From NCBI GenBank assembly GCA_040437565.1, contig JBDOQK010000021.1, positions 489,569-509,568 of the forward strand: a stretch of 20,000 nt of DNA, in the 5' to 3' direction. The position numbers and the translations under genes are program-made. Source of the DNA: Albugo candida. Taxonomy: Eukaryota. A model generated the notes under the pieces. That model did no database searches and was not told where the DNA came from. It worked only from the letters and a program-made list of their open reading frames with translations. Positions 9,786 to 20,000 of this stretch are shown here, in pieces. How positions within the stretch are numbered: position 1 is the stretch's first letter; each line of letters opens with the position of its first letter.

Positions 9786-11355
9786 CATGGCGTCAGCGAT
9801 ACCTATCAATCAACAAACCTCTTGCTCCCTCTATTTCAAGGATCTTACATAATTACATCCCACTAAAACTGACAGAATGACTGAGAGAGCAAAATCACAA
9901 ACACAATCTGTCATCTCGCCTGACGGGAATCTTGCAAGCAGACACATAACGGCCAGACGATCCCATCACCTATATCGAGTTCTCAGTGCATCGTTCGAAC
10001 TTGTGGTACAACTCTGGAATGTAAAATTCGTTTACTCATGTCAGGCACGTTTCCGACATAAAGCAGTCATTAGAAATGCTCAAGCACGTTAATAATACGT
10101 GTATTTAAAGATAGCATTACATTCTCTTCTCTTGTACTATCTACCGCCTTCTGACTCCCCAATTTTCTCGTTTGAACGGCATTTTTTTGCTAGTTAGTGA
10201 CCGGAACACTCGTGCGAGTACATTTGTAAATATCCGCAATCAATGTCACTGCTCTACCGTTAAAACTCAACTTCTATTATAGCTTGCAACGTATCGCCCC
10301 GTATTCTGCTCAAGAAAGGCTTCCCTACTTAATGCAATGAAATGCGAATCCTCATCGTGCATCTCCTTTATATTGTACGTGCCTCTTAGACATTGTATTG
10401 CTCATGTAGATTTCCGACAGAAGCTTCACTCCAAAAAGCATTTTTTTGTCCTCATCCGATGAAATTGAAAGTATTCGTTTTGGTTTTGAATCAATGGGCG
10501 TATAATATGACAGTGAACGCGAGAATGAGGGAGGCTAAGAGCCACTAAAAGCTTCAGGGATGGCTAATAAATTATCTGATGAAACGAATGAGTCTTCTGA
10601 TTTTCCCAGCCATTTTAACATGCACTTATTCAACAGAAGATTACATGTACCCACTCATGTGCGCCGACCTTGTGAAGATCGAATATTTATAGCATAGCAA
10701 ACTTTCGTTTGATATGAAATGATTCAGGTAAATAAGACAACCTTGGCGGTGCATTTACATCCACTTTGCCACATAATTATGCCCCCGTTACATCATCTAA
10801 TCTCTAGACTCGGTGTTTGTCGAAATCGCATACAGACATTCCAGACACTCTAATCTTTAGCATCAATCAATTGTCACCGCCGGACTAGTTTATGGGCAAC
10901 TTCTCCAGAGAGTGACCGCCAGTCATTGGCACGCTTCACAACTTTATAGTCATTGAGAAGGCTATCGTCCGCCTTCCCTTACTCTGTTTTATCTTTAGCT
11001 TTTATTATCAATATTCGAGTACATTACGGCCAGAGCAGCACTTTGGTCACCGATGTGAATACTTATCTGATCCTAAAGACTGAAATCTAATTATACTTAA
11101 ATTCAATTCGGTTTAGAACATACCAGGACCTATAGGAATACGCATAATTGACCCGATCAGAGCACTTGCCAACCCATATTTATCAGGCCGCGTGGTGGCA
11201 GATGCTCATATATCTCCTACGATAGCAATAATGAACGGGAACAAGAAGCAGCCTTGATATTTGATTACATGTTACGACTGCTGACTTGTAACTCCCAATT
11301 CGTATCGGTTTGGGAGCAGGAATTACACCTTCTTGCTTCTAATTCATACCGGTTG

Positions 11356-12701
11356 CTACTTCAAGTTTCTCCTCTTGATTGGCGCTGTGGACCCACTCGG
11401 GCCCCCATCTTCATCTCCACCAGATGTTGTTGATAGCTTCATTTTTCTTTTACGTGAGAGAAATACTTCATCCACAAAGGCGGCAGATTTCGACTGCATC
11501 CAGTCAACATTGTAACGCAGCCTTTTCCGTATGTCGAGACCCTGGCATTTATCAGTACCAAATGTGTGTTCGGGTTCATGTAGCATCCACAGGTACTTTT
11601 TTACTAGAGAAAACATCAATACGTCGTATTTTAGCGCTAGAGATCTCAAACACTCATAGGCACCGTCTTCCTGGAAATGAACCCTCATAATGTTTAGTTT
11701 CAAGTCATATGTAGCTCCAAATAATTGAATACTGGATGGAAGCTGGGTCACTGAATCATGTATCCATGCACTGGAAGAGACCAAACCTATGTGTGATGAA
11801 TTGCTTACTGTATCAGTTCGTGCCGAAAAATCGCGGTTTTGTTGATACACTGTAGCTTGCTCAAATGGAGTAAACTCGTACTCACACATGAAGTTAGGAA
11901 CAAATACGAACTGAAGACATAGCCTGGGCCTCTGAGAATTAACCAGGTTGATGCAGGAAGCTAGTTTCCTTTTATCAAAGTTTCTCCTCAACCAGGACAA
12001 AAGAGTTTCTTCTGAAAGATAAGCATTGGTCTTTGATGATGCCTGCAAACTAGTAATGCAATCATTACATGGTTTTTTCTTTCGGAAGTTTGACCAGACG
12101 CACTCACTGGAATACTTGATGGCGACATTTTTTTTTGGCTTCTTTTGCTCTTCTTCATTCATCGAAATAGACATACGGTCATTTATCAGTAATGTGTCGA
12201 ACTGTAGCGCATTCCGTTCATTGCAAACTTCGTGAGGCCTATTTACAACCTCGTCTTTCTTGCCGCATGGGCAATTTGTCCAGAACGTAGTTGTAATAGT
12301 ATGCTGAGTTAGAACATGCATGTACTGCGTTTTCGTGTGCTGATCATCGCTTTTATGTTGCAGCAATACAGCAACTCCATCCGCATTTTTTGCCAAGCAC
12401 TTCATACACTTAATGACACGAGAAAGTGCCAAGATTTTTGCTGTGATACAGAAGCGAGCTGGAGTGTTCCACTCGAGCTGTTTTTGGATTTCTATCAAAT
12501 GAGGTTGCGGACTGCCCAGATCGGATTCAATAGACAGCTGACTTGTCTGCTTGTACGGAGTGCCTTGCAATGGCCCATTAAGAATCAAAGGAGCACAAAA
12601 TCTACCTGGTATTTGCGCAGTAGTTCCAATACAAGCCTTCGAAACAGTACATCGATGAACAATGTATTGAAAACTTTGTGATGTGGACATTACGTAAATT
12701 G
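11356..12701 (-). CDS. Cys-rich multi-module protein, CHxC/CCG effector-like, 5' partial
   Basis: 444-aa ORF that stays open up to the gap (IYV precedes the annotated Met). Motifs: CTVSKAC, CMKCLAKNADG (aa 95-105), CNDCI (208-212), CLRSL (347-351), basic tail RKRKMK...KRRNLK. No transposon motifs recognised. Confidence 0.6.
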
Positions 12702-12801
12702 NNNNNNNNNNNNNNNNNNNNNNNNNNNNNNNNNNNNNNNNNNNNNNNNNNNNNNNNNNNNNNNNNNNNNNNNNNNNNNNNNNNNNNNNNNNNNNNNNNN
12801 N
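12702..12801. other. Assembly gap (100 N)
   Basis: Run of Ns interrupting the 5' part of the long ORF. Confidence 1.
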
Positions 12802-14249
12802 AGTCGGAACATGCCGTGCCCTCGCAGAAACATACTAAGACATGACATTTCGATCATTTTGTTTAATCTAACCATCGACTCACTGGATAGGTGTATCATT
12901 GCTTGAAAAGAGTTTGATGATTGGTTGACATTTGGCTTTGACGTTCACGTACTGCCCGTGGCTCACTAGTTGCTGCACAGAAGATGCTTTTGTCGAATCT
13001 GCGCGCGAAGAAACCAACAAAGACTAGTCCAAACTATCAATAGATACTTATTGATCTCGTGATTGATCGTAACCAGGACAATGCTTGCAAGAACGTTCAT
13101 ACGATGGGTCGAGACTCTTCATATCTTTCTAGACATGATGGTGGAGGAGAAATCTTTTTCGGGGGAACTATCGAAGGTTCAACGCATCGAATTACTCTGC
13201 CAGTTCACAACCGACGCACCAGCGAATATCACTGATAATTCTATAGCTTCTTCGAGAAAATAATAACAACTCAATCGATCTTTGTTTTGGCTGATGCGAC
13301 TTTACGGACATGTTGACCAGTGGGCTACATTGTCATGAAAAGTGGTACGATTAGAGAGTGGGTCTTCCGTGTGAAATAAAGCATCAAAGTGCTATATGAT
13401 ATGATATAGAGCATTCGAATTTGTGATTGTATTGTTTTTAACGCATTAGTACTGCAGATATCATACGACGTAGTTCCACTGCAGCATATTACTCCCCTCA
13501 CAATTCTACAAAGACGAAGCTATCATTAGATTTGGTAAGGCTAAGGAAAAGTTATTTGATGGGATTTATAGCGCATTTACTCTGTAGGGCACGACGGCAT
13601 GGGAAAGACGATATATGTTTACGCAAGCGATGACGTCATGTAGAAATCGGGAAAAGAATCCAGTGAAGGAGTCAGTAGGCTTAGATTAGCACATGGTTGT
13701 GAACTAAGGACCTAATTGAACTTTTAGTTTTACCAGCTCCGACACTACATACTCGATTGCTTTATTATATCCACTCGACTATTGTCTCATCGGTTGGATC
13801 AAACCAAATACAAGGGGTTGATCGATTATGCCTGAATACAAAGCAAGGAAAAAGCACTATCGTCCTCTAATTTTCTCTATCATCTCTCCATACATAGTCT
13901 GGAAGCAACACATTCATCGATATTCAAACATGGGTCATCTGGCTTAGGATGTTGCCAACTCGTTCTCGGTAGGTTCTTCAAGGATAGTCAGTCCAACAAT
14001 TTATTATACATTAAGGCTACGTATGTAGATGTGTATGGGTTCGGTATGTTGTTCTCGAATGCGACCAAACGGGTAATACATGACTAGAATTATCTCGAAG
14101 TTTGCCCTTTTTTCTCAATTCTACGTAAAACAAATGTTATATGCAATATTTCGTCGATCATACGATCGGAATTGAAGTATTCCCAAAAAATTTATCATTG
14201 CTAGCGGCGATGCTACCTTTTATCTGGTTTGATTTCTGTAAGAGTGGCG

Positions 14250-14520
14250 GGGCAACTCGCAAGGGGAGGATTCTTCGGTTTTTTTTCAGGACTCCTTTTA
14301 CAGAATATGATACCCAAGCAACTATATGAGGGGTAGATTTGGGATTTCGATTTACTTCCCTATACTATGCTGCTCACCTCTACGACCTGCTACCCTAGAC
14401 AGCACTGTCGTTTTGGCCTACATCCAATTCTACAAGATAAACAAGAGCCTCTTATTGACTCGGATTAGGTAGCCAGAATAGAGCAATGCCATCAGCTTGG
14501 GCCCTGGAAAATGTCACATA
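14250..14520 (+). pseudogene. Possible APE endonuclease remnant of the downstream LINE
   Basis: RFFF...TEYDTQAT, then DFDL (GDFN-like) and PWKM, in the expected position upstream of RT. Highly degenerate. Confidence 0.3.
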
Positions 14521-14959
14521 ACGAAACTGGAGACTTGATTGTTCAGACGATGACCAAAAACGTGACTAAAATACCTGTCTGGCGAAATTCCTCTATTCAC
14601 CAACGCAGTTAATCTTCCTATAGCTGAAAGCTTTGCGTTTACCACTGACGGCGAACAAAACATGGGGTGCATTCTACATTTACGTTACTCACGCTGTGCA
14701 ATGCTTGCGATAAGCCCGTTATATTAACCCGTAAACTGAGAAAGAAGAGATCATCTAGGTTAACAAACGTAGGAAAATAAATTGCATCGAACGTTATACG
14801 GGTTAAAAAGAGTGGCCGTGAAGCTGAGAAACAGCGGATATTGGGGTAAAAAATGCTGAAATATAGATCGGCCGAGATCATAAAATTTGAACGCAGCGAA
14901 TTGGTAGAAATGTATGAAGTCTTTTAAGTATTGTATGAGTTTGCTTCCGTCTTTTTTCA

Positions 14960-17300
14960 CAACGTCACTCGGAAATCACATCATTGTACAAAAAAGGATC
15001 AAGAGGTGATACCGTTAAGTATCGACCGATCACACTACTTTGCGTCGATGTGAAAGTCCTTTAATAAGCACGGACGCATCCATTGCAACGGTTTTGCCAA
15101 TATTGGCCAATCAAGATCAAAAAGCATTACTGCGATAGCGATCGACGCATCATCTCTTCCGACATCTCTCCGACATACTGACTTGGTAGCTCATCCTAGT
15201 GAGGAAGCATATGCGCCTTTTCTCTACTTTAGGAAAGCTTATTATTGAGTCAATTGGATGTACATGTTTCGCGATTGGAAAAAATGGGCCTTAGAAAAAG
15301 TTTCTTCGACTAGGTTCGTCTTCTATATAGCAACAAGAAGGCGCACTTGATGATCAATGGCAATATCACACCGTCTATTATAAGAGAAAGTAGAGTAAAA
15401 CAAGGCGACCCTATCTCAGCATTACTCTTTCTGATGATTAGAGAACCCTTTGGAGAATCTACCTCGTCAACATAAAGAATATTGCATTTGGATGAATGAA
15501 ACGCCTGTCTCTACCGAATTTTTGTTTTCGGACTATTCGACATTGCTTTCGGAGACACCAAATGGTCTTTCACGCAACTCGAACTCGTTCAAGTCTATTG
15601 CAACGGATCTGGTGCGAAATCCAAGTTGAGTAAATCATTGTTACTCCTTACTCTTGTTGACTAGGACCATACCGTGTTCACGTATTCCCAATTTAAACAT
15701 AATTGATCAGGAGAATTCGTTCAAGTATTTGGGTATTCTGTTCGGCCAGAAACCAACTCATTCGATGGTTATTGCAACTTTCGATAAGGCTTTTTGCGAT
15801 GGCTTATGTGTATGGTTTCGACGTGAACGAACTATCCGTGGTCGCCTACTGGTTGCGCAGACGAGGACTTTATCACGTCAATGGCATTACACGATGCACG
15901 TGGACATACAAGAAAAGACTATTCGACAGTGGCAGTCAATAATCAGTCGATTTGTGCTTGGTCGGAAACACGATACGATCTAATACACTATCAGCTAATC
16001 CGTCAAGCCTGTTCAAATTTATAAAACAAGATGGTGGACTACAAGTCCATTTTTTGATGACACGACCGAAACTACAATGCATTCCATTCTCTTAGCAAAT
16101 CGCATCCGATGTGTCGATAATTATTTCTGAGAATTGGACAACTGCTTCGACGGAATTATTATAGCTTTTCCAACCTTCCTTTCGCTCACACAATCCGATG
16201 GTCATATTCAGCATATCGACATGGGAAAACTGTTGAATGTGACAGCACCCCTTTTGGCTCGAAATGTGCATTTAATATGTGACATCAGATGGATTAAAAT
16301 ATTAGAATTACAGATTTGACAGTTCTCCAACGCAGTCAGTACTTCATGGAACAGCCGATACAATTTCACCGTGACCAGACATTTCATTATCAAGCTGCTA
16401 TTCGTAATCCGAGTACGCAAAACGCTTGGTTCAGTCTTGGCACGGTGGACGAACAACATCGGACGTTTCTGAAATCCTTTGCTAATGTTTTTAAAATTCG
16501 AAGTCTCCAAGCCTTTATTCGAGAAGGTGATACATGACCAGCGAAGGAAGATTTGTTCGAAATATATAATACAACGACGAGGACCTGAACACGTCGGATA
16601 GGGCTGAAAGAAAGTCAATGAGTCAAAATTCCAATAAAGTTACTCAGATACTCCAGCGTATCTACGGAACGTTTGAATTCATCACTTGGATCGAATCAAA
16701 TAAAGGTGGCAGATCGTTTAATGTGGGAGCGCAAAAAAAAGTGCGGAAACATTATCTTCCATCAATACACGCTCTCAACTCTCACGAATTGTATGGAAAT
16801 CTCTGAACCAACCAAGAGTCATCTGATGTTGACATATTGGTCATTACGGAAGATATCTAGCGCACTGGATTCGGAACGAGTAAGAACATTCAACCCGATA
16901 TTATATTGTGCACGAAGACTTTTTTTTGGCATAGTGGAATCTGATAAATGTCTCTTTCTAGAGTAAGATCACACAGCACAATTATGGAGAGACTTACACC
17001 CTAGTTGGGATCAGCTTTCCTTCTCTCGACCATATTGCATGTGCAATTGTGCCAACAGTGCGGTAAGATTGGAAAGAATATCAGCAAATTATATCCGAAT
17101 TATGGCTTGAATTGCAAGCAGTGACGCTGGATTCTGTGTGGACCGATCGTAATCGTCGTTTGTTACATCGTCGATCAGCAACTCCGATACTTCCAGAGCT
17201 TTCCGCGGTCTACACCACGCTTGCTGCGCACGTTCGGTACTTTCGAAGACAGTGTTACGAAAGGCGAGCGCATTCTGCTTGCTAAAGCATTGAATAAACT
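14960..17300 (+). mobile_element. Non-LTR retrotransposon (L1/Tx1-like) ORF2 remnant
   Basis: LYKKGSRGD...YRPITLLCVDVK; FLYFRKAYY*VNW; VKQGDPISALLF; LFSDYST (FADD mutated); FKYLGILFG; RTIRGRLLVAQT; C-terminal VWTDRNR...AHVRYFRR. Many stops and frameshifts. Confidence 0.9.
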
Positions 17301-17834
17301 CGCAACGCAAAGATCATTTGGTGGTCTTCTCAGGAATCGAAGATCATTGCTGCGGGCAAGGCACAGGAAGATTGCATTTCAAGTGCGAGTCCGATCCTAG
17401 TCCTAGCTGTAGGGCACCGTTCAGCCTAGTGTGCCGTACGAAACCTTATATAGCACGATTATTTTGGACAGTTGCAGGTTTTGCATCATTTTCACGCTAG
17501 ACACAGTCTTTAAATTTTTCGGGTTGAGGCTAGCGCATTACAGAATTTGGCTGAACTATAATTAAGCTTTTGTCACCTTAAACTGACCAATAAACCAGTC
17601 CATTACATCATCTACTGCATATATACGTCTCTTAAGTCACTTTATATAGCTGTGACGGTGTGTTGGAGAATAGTGAAAGTGCAAACGGAGACAATTTAAA
17701 GCATTATAGTGACGTGGAGTGTGATGTCGACGAAGCCAATGCCGTAGAGAAAGCTTGGGGATTTTACAAACGAAACGCAAAATTTCATGCAAGAACATAT
17801 CTGGACAGTATGGAAAAGCTTCCGACCGGCGTTC

Positions 17835-18179
17835 TTATACACATCGACAAGCAAGTGGCAAGAAGCAAGATTCTGTCCTCAAAGACGTCATCAAGTCAGG
17901 AGGTGCGAAGATTTTGAAATGCAAATCCTCGGTGAGTTTTCTCCTCTCGTTCAAATATTTGAGGCACGTACCAATTTGGAATGCATCATTGATCCCTTTC
18001 TCTATGCTTCTTCATTACGAAGAAGCATTAACAGAGCAAACTAACTCATTAGAACATTCCAATACGTGATTGCATGTGCCGTTGCTGGCTTTCATCATGG
18101 TTAAGAGCAGCTTAGACCTTTCAATCCAGCTTTGAGTGAGCCATACTAAAAGACCTTGGAGAAAAGCTAGATGTCGCAT
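17835..18179 (-). pseudogene. Possible decayed secreted Cys-motif gene (115-codon frame, two internal stops)
   Basis: MRHLAFLQGLLVWLTQSW...NASS**RSIE...GTCLKYL...SCFLPLACRCV*: hydrophobic start, a CLKYL motif one base from CLKCL, and C-x5-C. Confidence 0.35.
18004..18028. repeat. Perfect 10-bp inverted repeat with 5-nt loop
   Basis: atgcttcttc-attac-gaagaagcat. Confidence 0.9.
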
Positions 18180-18460
18180 GCAAAATACTAGCCATTATCC
18201 TCCCCATTAATTTAAACTGATTGGATTCAACTTTACGATCGATGGTCACATTCTCTGGGCCTCTTCTTTTATTACGAAGTCAAATGCGCTGATACAAGCG
18301 ACCAAAGGTCCTCTTTGTTGGAAGGACTTAAGAATGTGCTTTAGGTTTCTAGTCTCGCTTGGTACTTAGTCTAAACGATTGGTTAGGAGTCTCATTTTCT
18401 AAAAATAAAAGCTCAGTTTCGGCAATTTTTTCTTCCAACGCAACCAAATTCGCCAACTTG

Positions 18461-19025
18461 CCAACAGGTTAAAATCCCAATCAAGATTCCACCAGCCAAG
18501 ACCATGGAAGAATCCGACGGATCAGATGAGTCGAAAATGGACCGAATGATGCTACTGCTGGAGACAATCGAAATTAGACTGGATAAGATCGAAACTGAGA
18601 GGAGCGTCGGATCGCCACTACCACCACCACCCGTGCGAACGGGAAGCATATTGCTGGACCAAGCAACCAAGGACAGGGTTTGACAATGTCACCCCTGGAT
18701 GCGAAATCGATGCAGCGTCATAAAAGCATGATGAGGAGAAGCTTTGTCCATACGATGCAACAAAATGCGATGGACGGGCTCAACAGAGTCAAATTTTGTC
18801 AGCAAGGGATATAAAGCTGGCAATTTAGCCATTCGACGGGAAGTAAATATACTCTGGGCATGAAGCGCCGTTTACTAAATGGGATTATCGTTTCTTGCGG
18901 CAACTATCATATGCCCAAAAAGGAGCCGGAGGGATTTGGGTGAGGAAGTGAAGATGGACTACCTAGGGCGGCATCTTAGCGGCAAAGCGCCCACTTATAA
19001 CGAGCAGCAAGTTTCTCAATGGGTG
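18461..19025 (+). mobile_element. Third Copia-type element, 5' fragment (LTR end, degenerate PBS, gag N-terminus)
   Basis: CCAACA-GGTTA at 18461-18471 and ATG at 18504. KLAI*PFDGK, RQLSYAQ and EEVKMDYLGRHLSGKA...QQVSQW resemble oomycete retrotransposon gag. Confidence 0.7.
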
Positions 19026-19029
19026 ACAC

Positions 19030-20000
19030 AGTGCTCCAGCGATGAAGAAGTGTTGGTGAAAACGGTTCCGGAAGCAATGCCAGAGTTTCCATCAAGGCCG
19101 ATGAAGGAGGGCGGAAACCAAATAATTGAGTCTTTGACGCATTTAGTTGGAGACCGGCCACCATCGCGTGGTGTTTGACTTCGGCCATAAATTTGGATGT
19201 GTCGCGAAGGTCTCTCAGTATGCCGGTACAATCGTCCGCAAACGCCGAAAGGTGCTGAGTCGTTGATGATCCTGGTATCGGAATGCCAAGATGACGGGTC
19301 GTTGAACGGAGATAAGCCGAAAAAGGATCCAAGAAGAGCACAAAGAGCGAAGGTGTAAGTGGATCACTTTGGCGTACTCCGCTACCGAGTTGAAAAAACT
19401 TGCTCGCGCGGCCATTTACCATGTATCAATAAGGTTATCTTGGTAGAAGGTCTTGGTCCATGAACGGAAGGTCGCTCCAAAGCCAAAATGGTGTAAAATA
19501 GTGTGAAGGGCAGGCTACAACACACTATCAAACGCCTTGGAGAAGTCCAGTAAGATGGCGCCAGCATCGGGAAACCGAATCCGGCAAAGTTGTTGGATGT
19601 CTTGGAACCGCACTAATGCATGTCGTATAGATCTGCCTTGCACAAAGCCCATTTGATCAGTGTGTAGTAGCTTCGGTAGGACTTTGCGAAGCGGAAGGCA
19701 AGAATCTTCGGACCGAGCTTTGCTTCATGATTGAGTAATGTGATGGGGCGATAGTTGCTTGAGAGGGTGCGGTCACCCTTCCTGTACAGGAGAGTAACCG
19801 TTGCTCGTCGTTAAAACTTGGTGAGGATTCCTTTCGAAAGTTGTGCGCAGTAAACTAAATCGAAGACGAATGCCCAAGTCGAGATGAAAAGTTGATAGTA
19901 ATCCACTGGAAGGCCATCATAACCAGGGGCTTTGTTGCGGAGTGATGTCTTGATTGCCCAGTAAAAGTCGTTTTCTGTGAACGGTGCGTCGAGGTAGGCT
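19030..20000 (-). mobile_element. Non-LTR retrotransposon (L1/Tx1-like) RT remnant, runs off window
   Basis: KAPGYDGLPVDYY; LLYRKGD...NYRPITLLN; LLDFSKAFDSV; GVRQSDPLTPSLF; SAFADDCTG; GLQLNASKT. Contains stops and frameshifts. Confidence 0.93.

Noticed and set aside
12026..12681. Plus-strand ORFs of 69 and 121 aa
   Set aside because: They are antisense shadows of the 444-aa ORF with no independent motifs.
13270..14100. Possible eroded coding sequence
   Set aside because: Only short fragments with stops in the frames examined; no family could be assigned.
3683..20000. RIP-like hypermutation, given frequent TGG-to-stop and CAA-to-TAA changes
   Set aside because: Ordinary transition-biased decay explains these changes. 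Testing would need dinucleotide indices against consensus copies, which I cannot compute.

Overview
Eukaryotic, AT-rich draft scaffold with two 100-N gaps and spliceosomal introns. The transposon proteins resemble oomycete families and the one long ORF resembles Albugo-type Cys-motif effectors, so an oomycete host, possibly Albugo, is inferred but not proven. Most of the window is decayed transposons. These are a Mutator (MULE/FAR1) element with TIRs and two introns (17-2413), a nearly complete but broken Ty1/Copia element (3683-8385, +), a second Copia 3' end (8859-9785, -), two L1/Tx1-like LINE remnants (14960-17300 +, 19030-20000 -) and a third Copia gag fragment (18461-19025, +). The only long open frame is a >=444-aa Cys-module protein (11356-12701, -) resembling CHxC/CCG effectors; it runs into a gap at its 5' end. 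Several co-oriented, possibly related relics are interspersed, and one is closed by two stops that overlap the loop of a perfect hairpin. I found no prokaryotic-type system or CRISPR array. All family calls are by eye, from motifs.
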